The notes under the pieces are model-generated. The model had not been told where the DNA came from. It saw nothing but the letters and a program-made list of their open reading frames with translations, and made no database searches. A program made the translations under genes and the position numbers. Shown one piece after another: positions 34,484-43,731 of a stretch of DNA of 64,000 bases (the first letter of the stretch is position 1; every line of letters begins with the position of its first letter). Where the stretch lies: positions 15,235-79,234 of the IMG/VR virus record IMGVR_UViG_3300037961_005106. One strand, written 5' to 3'. This DNA is from a virus.

Positions 34484-36010
34484 GTGCCTTCTCATCGTCA
34501 CCTTGCTTATAGACGTAATGCTCAAGCTGCTGCTAAAAAGCATAAAGTACGCAAGAGTGACAAAGAACAATTATTTGAAAAAGCTAGAGATGATTTTGGT
34601 TTCTTTTGTGAATATGTAGCGGATAAACCTCCAGCAGCACACCACAAAGAATGGCATCGTCAACTAGTAACAAATAACGATAGTTCGTGTCTTCTTAAGA
34701 TTGCAGGACCGAACATTGACCTATTAGGCCCTAGAGGGTCTGCTAAATCGACTGTACTTGGCTTGTTTACTGCCTGGGCAATAGGTATTCATACGCAAGC
34801 CAAGAAGCCCTTACAGATCCTTTATCTAAGCTATACAGTTGATATCGCACGTTCTAAATCAGCAACCATTAAACGTATTATTGAATCAAAAAAATATCAA
34901 GAAGTTTTCCCTACAGTTAAGTTGCTCAAAAATGTTACGAGTAATGAGTACTGGTCAATCGACCATAAATTTGCTGGTATTGATGTTACAGGTGAAGAAC
35001 AATTTACTTTATGTGCAGCAGGACTTAAAGGATCGGTGACTTCCAAACGTTCTCAACTTGTGATAATTGATGACCCGATAAAATCTGCTTCAGATATTGG
35101 CAACCCAGACATCCGAAAGATGATGCAGGATAACTGGAATGCTGTGATTGCTCCAACAATGTTTGAGGGTGGTCGTGCAATTTGTCTTGGTACTCGCTTC
35201 CGTCATGATGACATTCATTCGACCACGTTCTGTCAGCAAAATAATTGGATGCAGATTGTTCTTTCTGCCATTTTAAATAACGAGGTGACCGGCGAGGAAG
35301 AGTCATATTGGCCTGAGATGTGGTCCCTAGACTATCTAAAAGAGAAGAAAAGGCAAGCCCCTATTGCTTTTTCTTTTCAATATATGAATCAAATTGTTAG
35401 GCAAAACGAACTTTCACTGGCACCAGAGCTTTTAGTTAAAGCAGAAATTGCTACTGAATTTGACACTCTTGGAATTGGTGTTGACCTTTCTGCTGGCACT
35501 AAAGAAAAGAATGACTACACCGTAATGGTTCTTGGTGGTCGAATTGGCGATAAAATACATATTATTGATTACCGTAGGTTACGTGTAATGGGTAACCTAG
35601 AAAAATTAGATGCATTAAAAGAGCTTTTAAATGATTGGTCTGTGATCGGTCAACAACAAGATGGTGTTTACTTTCCTACATATTCAACTTGTGATATTTG
35701 GTCAGAAGCTGTGCAGTATCAAGCTTCTTTAGAGGCTGACTTTAAACGTATTTGCTTAAATAATGAGGGGCTTTATAATTTAATCTGGCATCCTGTTAAA
35801 GGTTTCCGTGCAGATAAATTAGCCAGGTTTAGAGGCATCATGGGAATGTTTGAGGATCGTAAAATAGTTTTTAACAGGTACCGTAACTTTACGACAATGT
35901 TTGAAGAGCTAACTAATTTTGGTGTTAGCAGTCACGATGATTGTGTTGATGCTTTAGTTTGGCTTGTAACAGGCTTAACACGCAAAGGAAAATTGCAATT
36001 GGATTACTGA
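34484..36010 (+). CDS. terL: Terminase large subunit
   Basis: Walker A GPRGSAKST, Walker B VIIDDP, LGTRF, nuclease GVDL and HDDCVDAL. Confidence 0.92.
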   Translation: MPSHRHLAYRRNAQAAAKKHKVRKSDKEQLFEKARDDFGFFCEYVADKPPAAHHKEWHRQLVTNNDSSCLLKIAGPNIDLLGPRGSAKSTVLGLFTAWAIGIHTQAKKPLQILYLSYTVDIARSKSATIKRIIESKKYQEVFPTVKLLKNVTSNEYWSIDHKFAGIDVTGEEQFTLCAAGLKGSVTSKRSQLVIIDDPIKSASDIGNPDIRKMMQDNWNAVIAPTMFEGGRAICLGTRFRHDDIHSTTFCQQNNWMQIVLSAILNNEVTGEEESYWPEMWSLDYLKEKKRQAPIAFSFQYMNQIVRQNELSLAPELLVKAEIATEFDTLGIGVDLSAGTKEKNDYTVMVLGGRIGDKIHIIDYRRLRVMGNLEKLDALKELLNDWSVIGQQQDGVYFPTYSTCDIWSEAVQYQASLEADFKRICLNNEGLYNLIWHPVKGFRADKLARFRGIMGMFEDRKIVFNRYRNFTTMFEELTNFGVSSHDDCVDALVWLVTGLTRKGKLQLDY

Positions 36011-36234
36011 TGGAACAACTTATAGCACTAGGCATTGCAGCCGTATCAGGCGGCGGTTGGTTTGTGGGAAAAGTCTTTAGCAGAATGCGATCACTAGAAG
36101 ATCGTATTGACCGTTTACCTCTTGAATATGTTTTAAAACAAGATTATATTCGAGAGATGGAAAGAATGAATGATGAATTCAGTGAAATCAACACTAAGCT
36201 TGATAAACTTGTGGAAAAGATTCTTTCCAAATGA
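36010..36234 (+). CDS. TM plus coiled-coil small protein (holin/XhlA-like candidate)
   Basis: N-terminal TM; LPLEYVLKQDY...I..KLDKL. Confidence 0.6.
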   Translation: MEQLIALGIAAVSGGGWFVGKVFSRMRSLEDRIDRLPLEYVLKQDYIREMERMNDEFSEINTKLDKLVEKILSK

Positions 36235-36410
36235 GTTACTTTATTGAGGTTGAAGAACTGGAAAATGGTGATTTATACATCCAAATTCCTGAAGAAGTTA
36301 TTGAAACTTTAGGCTGGGAGCCTGAAACACTATTGTCTTGGGATATTAAAGGTGACGGGATTATTGTTCAACGTTTGAATGGGGAATCAGGTTACGAACA
36401 GGTAGAATAA
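36231..36410 (+). CDS. AbrB/MazE-like swapped-hairpin protein, 59 aa (not in ORF track)
   Basis: Hand translation ...NGDLYIQIPEEVIETLGWEPETLLSWDIKGDGIIVQRL. Confidence 0.7.
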   Translation: MSYFIEVEELENGDLYIQIPEEVIETLGWEPETLLSWDIKGDGIIVQRLNGESGYEQVE

Positions 36411-36428
36411 TTAAAAAGTTCTTAGCCA

Positions 36429-36620
36429 ATGGAATTAGCTTATAAATATATGAGTCAAATTCCCCCTAGAGGAAAGAAGAAGTTTGACGAAGAATTTATG
36501 TACACCTCAGAAGGTAACATCAGTTCTCCCCGTCCTTCTCGTAATGTCGCACCTGCGTCTTTTTTAGGACCAGGAAGTAAAGGTGCTGGCTTTGGTAATG
36601 TTTCTACCAGAGGTATCTAA
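36429..36620 (+). CDS. Hypothetical protein starting MELAYKY
   Basis: ORF track. Confidence 0.55.
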   Translation: MELAYKYMSQIPPRGKKKFDEEFMYTSEGNISSPRPSRNVAPASFLGPGSKGAGFGNVSTRGI

Positions 36621-37060
36621 TGAATAGTTTAGTAGCGCAGCAGCAAGGATACACTTTTCCGATGGATGAAATTCCTAGAACGTATTATCCTGGGCGAGGC
36701 TTTTTAAGTGATCAAGAAGCTTATCCAGAAAATCCTTTTTATCGACCACCCACGTATGGTGGCGGAATGAATATTCCTGGTGCCCCTGGTAATGTTGCAG
36801 GAACAGGTGGGTTTACAAAGCTTCCTTATTATGGCGGCCCTACTAATCCAATGCTAATGCCTTATTATCCAGGGCAAGATTATGGTGGTGTGCAACAGTT
36901 AACAGCCGATCCTAGTTATGCAATTCCGGGAGGACAAACGCCTTATAGAAGAGGGCCTTATCTTCCCTTTGAAGACATTCCAGAAGATAATGCACCTTTT
37001 ATTCCAATCCCCAGGGCGCAAGGACTTCCTATGGGATTTCAAAATAAATTTGTAAGCTAA
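36620..37060 (+). CDS. Pro/Gly/Tyr-rich protein
   Basis: TAATG coupling at both ends. Confidence 0.6.
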   Translation: MNSLVAQQQGYTFPMDEIPRTYYPGRGFLSDQEAYPENPFYRPPTYGGGMNIPGAPGNVAGTGGFTKLPYYGGPTNPMLMPYYPGQDYGGVQQLTADPSYAIPGGQTPYRRGPYLPFEDIPEDNAPFIPIPRAQGLPMGFQNKFVS

Positions 37061-37350
37061 TGGCACAAGACGACTCTAAATATACAAAGCCAGGACTGCG
37101 TGAATCCATCAAGAAACGCATTACGGCTGGCAGTAAAGGCGGTAAGCCTGGTCAGTGGTCTGCTCGGAAAGCACAAATGGTTGCTGCTGAGTACAAGAAG
37201 AAAGGAGGTGGGTATAAAGGTGGTGAAGGTAAGAAACAAAAAGATCTAAAGAAGTGGGGCAAAGAAGATTGGCAGACTAAAGATCAATACGAAAAAAGTA
37301 AAGCAAAGAAAGCAGTCACAGCAGCTAAAAAAGCTAAGGAGAAAAAATAG
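37060..37350 (+). CDS. DUF5872-like protein, N-terminal half
   Basis: YTKP.LRE.IK...GSKGGKPGQWSARKAQM.A.EYKKKGGGY...LKKW.KEDWQTK. Confidence 0.75.
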   Translation: MAQDDSKYTKPGLRESIKKRITAGSKGGKPGQWSARKAQMVAAEYKKKGGGYKGGEGKKQKDLKKWGKEDWQTKDQYEKSKAKKAVTAAKKAKEKK

Positions 37351-38039
37351 TGTCTTTATTTAATCTTGCTGGCAAATATAAAAGACTTTGGACTAAAGCA
37401 GATGAAGCGCTTGGCGGAATTTTACCCGGAGGAGGCGTACCAGTTAAATCAGAAATTTTGAATAAACTAGATCCAAATGTAAACCTTGCCTATCGTTATA
37501 TGACTGGTATGGGTATAGATGATTTGGAATTATCACCTGAGTTTAAACAAGGTGCTGTTAATTTAGCAATTAGTCCAGGTCCAGAAACAACTTACATAAA
37601 TCTAGACGGTTCAATTGCTTACAAAGAAAGGGCAAATAAAACGCCGGGTGAAATACAACCAGGTGAAACAAGAGCTGTTAACTCATATAGAGCGGCAGGA
37701 ATGCTTGCTCCTTATTGGGATACTTTAGGCGGGCCTTTTGGTGGGGTGCGTCCTTTAGACAGAGAGCGTGAAGCAGCACCTTATCGATACAGCTTGGGAC
37801 GTTATAACGTAACAGGTAATCCTGATTCTTATACAGTTACTGATACATATGATTTTATTAATGAGTTTGAAAACCCTGAGCTAAGCACACCGGGCAGAAA
37901 ACCTTGGAGAGCATTGGGAGAAACAGTAGCGGGTTTCATGGATCCAAGTCGTTTTGTGCGTGCTTATTTATATTCAAGAGATCAACCACCTAAACCCATT
38001 CCTTTGGAATTCACTGTACCCAGGGAGAAAAGACCATGA
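37350..38039 (+). CDS. Hypothetical protein starting MSLFNLAGKY
   Basis: SLGRY.V......V.D.YDF motif. Confidence 0.6.
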   Translation: MSLFNLAGKYKRLWTKADEALGGILPGGGVPVKSEILNKLDPNVNLAYRYMTGMGIDDLELSPEFKQGAVNLAISPGPETTYINLDGSIAYKERANKTPGEIQPGETRAVNSYRAAGMLAPYWDTLGGPFGGVRPLDREREAAPYRYSLGRYNVTGNPDSYTVTDTYDFINEFENPELSTPGRKPWRALGETVAGFMDPSRFVRAYLYSRDQPPKPIPLEFTVPREKRP

Positions 38040-38167
38040 AAAAACAAATAAAGGACTTAAAAAAAATTAAAAAACAGTTGCATGGTAGCGCTAAAATGCA
38101 TAAAGCACAAGCCAATAAGATTGACAGCGTTATTAAAGTCGCTGGCAAATACATGGAGAAAAACTAA
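38036..38167 (+). CDS. Small Lys-rich protein, 43 aa (not in ORF track)
   Basis: Hand translation MKKQIKDLKKIKKQLHGSAKMHKAQANKIDSVIKVAGKYMEKN; ATGA and TAATG coupling. Confidence 0.65.
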   Translation: MKKQIKDLKKIKKQLHGSAKMHKAQANKIDSVIKVAGKYMEKN

Positions 38168-38880
38168 TGTCTTACTTATCTGAACTAGAGAAAATTTCTA
38201 AAATCCAAGACAAATTAAAAGACAACAAGGAAAGAGCAGATGATAATTTGCTCGTTGCTGGTTTTGTTAAGCAAATGAAACCAACAAAAGAAAATATCAA
38301 AAACGAGAAAGAAGCAAAAAATCTTTATAAAGATATTGATAATGCTCTTAACGATTTAAAAGATACAAAAAAAGATATTAAAAAAGCACAAGGAGGAGGA
38401 AAAGAGTCAAAGAAGTTAGCGAAACGTTTTGAAGGATTTTTAAAATCAGGGAAATTAGATAGAGCTGAAAATCTTCTAGGGTATATTGACAACAAACAAG
38501 GTGTTGATATTTCTCCTTACTTATCTAAAAACTTTGGCAAGATTGCAGGCAAATCAGGCATTGATTTAAAAATGAATTTTGATATGCCGCAACAACAACT
38601 AATTGCACAAGCAGATTTAAGCAACCCGCAAAAAAATTATTTTGACGCTCTTTCAAACCCTGTCAAATTTATTGACGACGTTAGGGGTTTAGTTGATAAG
38701 TTAAACCAACAAACTAGAGATAAAGAACAATTCATTCAAGATACTCTTGGACCAGGCAAGAAAGATCAATCGGCAGCCTTTGGCGATTTGTTAGCAGGAG
38801 GCAGCTTTAATAATTTTTCTACTCCTACAGTAGATCCATCTTCCTTGGCAGGAATTAACTTTGATTTCTCTTATGCATAA
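38167..38880 (+). CDS. Lys-rich hypothetical protein
   Basis: ORF track. Confidence 0.6.
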   Translation: MSYLSELEKISKIQDKLKDNKERADDNLLVAGFVKQMKPTKENIKNEKEAKNLYKDIDNALNDLKDTKKDIKKAQGGGKESKKLAKRFEGFLKSGKLDRAENLLGYIDNKQGVDISPYLSKNFGKIAGKSGIDLKMNFDMPQQQLIAQADLSNPQKNYFDALSNPVKFIDDVRGLVDKLNQQTRDKEQFIQDTLGPGKKDQSAAFGDLLAGGSFNNFSTPTVDPSSLAGINFDFSYA

Positions 38881-38896
38881 CGGAGACGTAACAAGG

Positions 38897-39106
38897 ATGG
38901 CAGATAAAGCAATTCAAAAAGACGGTACGACTAAACGCTATCTTCCTAAGAAAGCATGGGCCAAGCTTTCCAAAGAAGAAAGAGAAGATACTGATCGCAA
39001 GAAACGAGCCGGTTCTCGTAAAGGAAAACAGTTTATTCCTAACACAGATAAAGCTAAAAAAGCAGGCAGAGCTGCTAGGATGTATAAACAAAAGGGCAGT
39101 AAATAG
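38897..39106 (+). CDS. DUF5872-like protein, C-terminal half
   Basis: A.QKDGTTKRYLPKKAWAKLS.EERE.TDRKK..GS.KGKQF..NT.KAK. Confidence 0.7.
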   Translation: MADKAIQKDGTTKRYLPKKAWAKLSKEEREDTDRKKRAGSRKGKQFIPNTDKAKKAGRAARMYKQKGSK

Positions 39107-39110
39107 TTAA

Positions 39111-41435
39111 ATGGCTGACGCTAAAGCTCGTCTTAAAGAAATCATTGATGCTTACGTAGAGCGTGATGGTGGAGCTGGTATCGATACCGGTATTGTTGCG
39201 TCACATATTGCCCAGATGAAACTCTTTGGTATCCGCCAAGGAGTTGAGTTTTTCCCGTCACAAGATAACTTTGGTAATCAACGCAAAGACTTTATCGATA
39301 AAGTTGTCAAATATAACAAATTAGATACTCGTCTTGATTCAATATGGGATTATTTCCTGTGTGATGGAAAAGGACTTTTTTATATCCGGCCTACTGAGAA
39401 TAATTATCGTCTCTATTATTTTCGTAGTCATGAGTATCGTTCTTATTACAACGTCGATGGTGAACTAGAAGAAGTTGTAATTATCTACAGTTATAAAGTC
39501 AAGAAACCAAACTCTGGTTTCCAAGATATTGGTACTTATAACTTAACTGGGGATCCAAACCAAACCCCTGGTCAGAAACGTTATATTCGTTTGTCAATTA
39601 AAGCAAACACAATTGAAGAGACACACTCAGAAGGCGAGATGTCTTTTGATAATGTCAATATTCAAATGCCAGGCAAGACAGAAAAGTTTCCTAATACCTT
39701 GCGTTTTATTCCTTGTGTAGAAATCTTTAATAACCCGAAAGGGTTTTCTATGGAAGGCAGTGGAGAGTTTGATGCGTTAGCTAATCATATTGTTATTCAC
39801 GATAGTCTTGTTCATAACATGCGAAAGAACTTACAGTTCTTTGGTAATCCAACATTACTATCTTCCCGTCCTAAAACTGACTTAATGGAGTCAGGTGGTG
39901 ACGGTGCAGTACAGCGACCTTCTATTGCAGCAAACTCAGGCTTTACTAGTCCTGCAAATCTAAGTCGTTCTACCTTTAAACAAGATCCAATTAATCGTGG
40001 TGTAGATGGACAGATCCGCGTTCCACGGGTAATCGCCAACCTAGAACCGAATGATCGTGTGGGCTATATAGTACCCGACGCCATCTCTGGTGACCAGAAT
40101 GCATTTGTACGCCAATACAGAGAAGAGATAAGAACATCACTAGGCGGAGTTGATGAGCTGTCAATTTCAGCAGGTGTAACGGCAACAGAGTATAAGTCTC
40201 TTTTCGGTCGTGTGTCAGCAACTTCTAAAAAGAAAGCAAACGCAATTTATACCCATGGTTTATGCCGTTGTCTTGAATTAATTATTTATCAAGAGGAACA
40301 ACTTTTTAAAGATACTCTTGCAGCAGCAGCAAAATTTGAAAAGCCTATTCCTCCACAAGAAGGAGCTTCTGCAGAAGAACTGCAAATGTATAACCAAGCA
40401 TTAGCAGAATTTGACGCCCGCATGAAACAACTTATGATGGCGTGTGTACAAGCACAAATGATTCCCCCTGGTGTTAAAGGTTTAATTCCAGATGGTGATA
40501 TTACAATGCTTTGGCGCTGGTTGGGTCCAGTTTATGAGGACTCAACACAAGATATCCTGAACAACTCTATTGTTGTAAGAAACTTACAGGAATTAGGAGT
40601 TGATAGCATAGAAGCACTGAAATATCTTTTCCCATCCAAAACAGATGAGGAAAGAGCGGAAATGCTTTCGGGCTTCCCGTTCAGGATGGTCAACGAATTA
40701 CAGGGAGCTTATTCCCAGTTTTCTCGTTTAGTGGGGGGAATGATGCAGACCCCTCACCCACAAGCACCAGATTTGCCCATGGCGGCAGATCCTCGTTTGG
40801 ACTTAACTCCATATCTGTATCGAACCTTAGAAGCATTACAAAAGGAGATGAGTTATGCAGGACGCTACCGTCCAATCGATCCCACAGACGAGCCCCCAAG
40901 CGGCAGTGGCTCCGAGCAACTACGTGGCGGCAGCACCGGCAGCACCGGCAGCTCCGACCCAAGTGGCTCCGACATCAGTGGGAACGTACTACCCCCAGGC
41001 AGTACCCCAGGCCGCACCGCAGGGACTTACCAGTTACCAACCAAGCCCGTCAGTATCCGCCCCCCAATCCCAGGATTCGGCGGTACCCCAGGGCAATCCA
41101 TGGGAGTCGGCATTCAACAAGGTGGTGAACCTGTTGGGAAGCCCGGTTCAATCCCCATTCCAGGGTCAACCGTCACAACCGACTCAGTACAGCCCGGCCA
41201 ATTACGGAGCAACACAAGCCCAGGTACCGACCTCGGCACCATCGGCTCCGCAGACCTGGCAAACAAACCAGACCTCATCCAGCAGCTCTTCCCAAACCTC
41301 CTCGATCAACTCCTTAGAGGACGTGGCGAATCTCCTGGAGTGGAGTCCGGAAAGCCGGATGGTGGTGGCGAATTACGGAACAGAGGCTCCGGCAATTCTA
41401 AATCAGTACGCCCTAAACCTGGAAGGAATGCTTGA
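39111..41435 (+). CDS. Portal protein with a ~195 aa low-complexity C-terminal extension
   Basis: Size and position between TerL and scaffold/capsid; FIPCVEI.N...GSGEF and SAG.TATE patterns. Confidence 0.75.
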   Translation: MADAKARLKEIIDAYVERDGGAGIDTGIVASHIAQMKLFGIRQGVEFFPSQDNFGNQRKDFIDKVVKYNKLDTRLDSIWDYFLCDGKGLFYIRPTENNYRLYYFRSHEYRSYYNVDGELEEVVIIYSYKVKKPNSGFQDIGTYNLTGDPNQTPGQKRYIRLSIKANTIEETHSEGEMSFDNVNIQMPGKTEKFPNTLRFIPCVEIFNNPKGFSMEGSGEFDALANHIVIHDSLVHNMRKNLQFFGNPTLLSSRPKTDLMESGGDGAVQRPSIAANSGFTSPANLSRSTFKQDPINRGVDGQIRVPRVIANLEPNDRVGYIVPDAISGDQNAFVRQYREEIRTSLGGVDELSISAGVTATEYKSLFGRVSATSKKKANAIYTHGLCRCLELIIYQEEQLFKDTLAAAAKFEKPIPPQEGASAEELQMYNQALAEFDARMKQLMMACVQAQMIPPGVKGLIPDGDITMLWRWLGPVYEDSTQDILNNSIVVRNLQELGVDSIEALKYLFPSKTDEERAEMLSGFPFRMVNELQGAYSQFSRLVGGMMQTPHPQAPDLPMAADPRLDLTPYLYRTLEALQKEMSYAGRYRPIDPTDEPPSGSGSEQLRGGSTGSTGSSDPSGSDISGNVLPPGSTPGRTAGTYQLPTKPVSIRPPIPGFGGTPGQSMGVGIQQGGEPVGKPGSIPIPGSTVTTDSVQPGQLRSNTSPGTDLGTIGSADLANKPDLIQQLFPNLLDQLLRGRGESPGVESGKPDGGGELRNRGSGNSKSVRPKPGRNA

Positions 41436-41838
41436 TAGTGCAGTTGCTTGGGGACATGAAGCAACTGATACTCTCAAAGGTTATGCCAATTTTGCAGTGC
41501 AAGAGCACCAAGAAAATCTGGCTTACAACGAGATCCTGACCAATCCTGACGTTCTGTCTGATTACACCTTGAAGTTCTTCGGTCCCGAAGGTCCTTATCC
41601 GGTGTATGAATCTGAGCAAGATTTGGAAACCCCTGGTTATCCTACCGCTCCTGTTCAACAGCCAGGCATGAATGTTGCTGGTCTTCCTGCTCCTCCAATG
41701 GCAGAAGCACCTCAAGCTCCCCAAGATTTCTGGGGTGCCTTTAAGCAACAAATGGATGTTGATCCCAGCCAAGCTTGGCGGATTATGAACCAGGCAGATC
41801 CTCGCGTCATGTCAAACAAACTGTTTGTTATGGAGTGA
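40855..41838 (+). CDS. Putative capsid scaffolding protein
   Basis: AAGGAG RBS; Pro/Gln/Ala-rich N-half and helical C-half; upstream of the MCP. Confidence 0.65.
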   Translation: MQDATVQSIPQTSPQAAVAPSNYVAAAPAAPAAPTQVAPTSVGTYYPQAVPQAAPQGLTSYQPSPSVSAPQSQDSAVPQGNPWESAFNKVVNLLGSPVQSPFQGQPSQPTQYSPANYGATQAQVPTSAPSAPQTWQTNQTSSSSSSQTSSINSLEDVANLLEWSPESRMVVANYGTEAPAILNQYALNLEGMLDSAVAWGHEATDTLKGYANFAVQEHQENLAYNEILTNPDVLSDYTLKFFGPEGPYPVYESEQDLETPGYPTAPVQQPGMNVAGLPAPPMAEAPQAPQDFWGAFKQQMDVDPSQAWRIMNQADPRVMSNKLFVME

Positions 41839-41842
41839 TCTA

Positions 41843-42418
41843 ATGCAATTGGCAGGAAAATATTTGCAAAAAGCAAATGAAAAAATTAAGCCTATGCTTA
41901 ATGACCCTCGCCAAGCAGCAATGGCTGGCGGCGCTGCTGCTGCTGGCCTTGCAACTCTAGGTAATATTACGTCTGGGGAAGCTTCTCAAGAAGGCCCCGG
42001 ACGTTTATTATTTGAAGCTGGAAATGCTGCTCTTTTGGGCAGTATGGCTGGCGCTGCTATTCCTTCAATGCGTAGGCTTGTTTCAAAACGCACTATTGCG
42101 CAAAATTTACGAGCTGACGATATGGGCAAAAGGGCAACTGGACAAGGTGTTGAACTTGGCGCTCAATTTAGTTCCCCCGAAGGAGCTAAAATGCGTGAAG
42201 CTGCAAATACCTATATGGCTGGCATACCTTATGCACAAGGAGCTTTAGGCGCAGGAATGATTACTGCAGCAGGAGGTCTAGGCGGCCTATCAGGTGGTGG
42301 TTCAGCAAACTTCTATCAATCCATGGGAGTCCCTGGATTCCAAGGTGCGATTGATCCTGAATTACCTGGTTCATCTAATACGATGAACTCACGCCTTAAC
42401 ATGCGAGGTTATGTTTAA
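41843..42418 (+). CDS. Gly/Ala-rich protein starting MQLAGKY
   Basis: In-frame ATG after the scaffold stop. Confidence 0.6.
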   Translation: MQLAGKYLQKANEKIKPMLNDPRQAAMAGGAAAAGLATLGNITSGEASQEGPGRLLFEAGNAALLGSMAGAAIPSMRRLVSKRTIAQNLRADDMGKRATGQGVELGAQFSSPEGAKMREAANTYMAGIPYAQGALGAGMITAAGGLGGLSGGGSANFYQSMGVPGFQGAIDPELPGSSNTMNSRLNMRGYV

Positions 42419-42529
42419 AACAGTCTAATAAATTACAGACTGCTAAAATTTTCTTTAGATAGGGCAATAGACTGCCTGAATCTTTCACCCGATTACTTAC
42501 TTTTCCGAATATCTGGAGGATAAAAGAAA

Positions 42530-43693
42530 GTGTTTCTTGATAACGATTTTCCTAAAATCTTAGGCGCGGAATTATACCGTCCGCATCCCGCCTATGTCTG
42601 TGAAATGGCAGTTGAACCTGTCGTTGTACATGACTTTACTTCCCAGCCAGGCCAAACGGTCCAGCTTGATCGCTACAAGTTTTGGGGAGCACCTGGTACA
42701 AAGGATAGCCGTGAGCGTATTGCGGATCAAACAATTGGTACTGCTAATAGCCGCAACATCACTAAAGAGAAAGTGTTGGTTGTGCTGAAAGAGTACACAG
42801 GCCCTGCAGATCCGGGTGATCCGACTCAGCCTTCTACTTTTAAGATTGCTCGTGAGACTCTGATTACTGCTCAGCGTTTGCTGCTTGATACCGGCAACCT
42901 GAACATGTTCCACCAGAGCATTGGTTCACTGACTCTGTTAGACGACTATAGGCGTTGGCGCGACCGCGTCTTTATTGACGAGCTTGCTAAAGCTGAAGCC
43001 AATGGTGCCGCTTCTTCTAGCCAAGGTGGTTACTACTTTGCTGGTGGTAAAGAAAAAGATGCTACTGGCCGTGTTTCTTACACTGCTGCTGAGTATGCTG
43101 ACCAAATTCAACAGTTCTCTGTTCGCACTGACCTGTTAGAAGTTGTTAAGGACTTGCGTAAGCGCAACGTGCCTACTTTTGCTGATGGCCTGTATCGCTG
43201 TATTTGCGATCCTGTCTTCATGCTGCACCTGCGTCGTGATCCTGACTTCCGCGAGATCGCCCGTTACGCAGGCAATCCTGGTCAAGGCATGTACATGGCT
43301 AACCCCATGATGCCTAACAACTCCAGCTTCTACATGGGTCCTCAAGCTGGTCAGGGCTACTTCCTGGCTGGTGAGCCTGTGATGCCAACTGGTGTGCAAT
43401 TTGAAGGCGTTAAGTTCTTCGAGTCAACCAACTTCCCCAACAAGAACGTCACCGCTTCATTCGATGCTGGTGCTAACTATGCATCTAAAGAAGTTGCCCA
43501 AGGTTTCTTCTTCGGTCCTCAGTCTGTTGGTGTTGGTATTGGCGGCCCTAACGCTCAGGTGCTAATTAACAACAATGATGACTTCTCACGATTCATCATT
43601 CTGATTTGGCAGCTCTATGCTGGTTTTGAGATCTTGAACAAAGATTTCATCACTAATGCATTCAGTTTCGTCCAAGATGACGGTTCTGTTTGA
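42530..43693 (+). CDS. Major capsid protein (HK97 fold inferred)
   Basis: 387 aa, GGAGG RBS, HDF..QPGQTV.L, GV.F.ES.N.P, C-ending codon bias typical of high expression. Confidence 0.85.
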   Translation: MFLDNDFPKILGAELYRPHPAYVCEMAVEPVVVHDFTSQPGQTVQLDRYKFWGAPGTKDSRERIADQTIGTANSRNITKEKVLVVLKEYTGPADPGDPTQPSTFKIARETLITAQRLLLDTGNLNMFHQSIGSLTLLDDYRRWRDRVFIDELAKAEANGAASSSQGGYYFAGGKEKDATGRVSYTAAEYADQIQQFSVRTDLLEVVKDLRKRNVPTFADGLYRCICDPVFMLHLRRDPDFREIARYAGNPGQGMYMANPMMPNNSSFYMGPQAGQGYFLAGEPVMPTGVQFEGVKFFESTNFPNKNVTASFDAGANYASKEVAQGFFFGPQSVGVGIGGPNAQVLINNNDDFSRFIILIWQLYAGFEILNKDFITNAFSFVQDDGSV

Positions 43694-43731
43694 TAAGAAT
43701 AAAAGTCAAAATTATTAATTTGGAGAAATAG

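Noticed and set aside
16785-36220. Isolated TTTTCCACA/TGTGGAAAA matches near 16785, 27223 and 36210
   Set aside because: Single hits inside coding sequence, expected by chance
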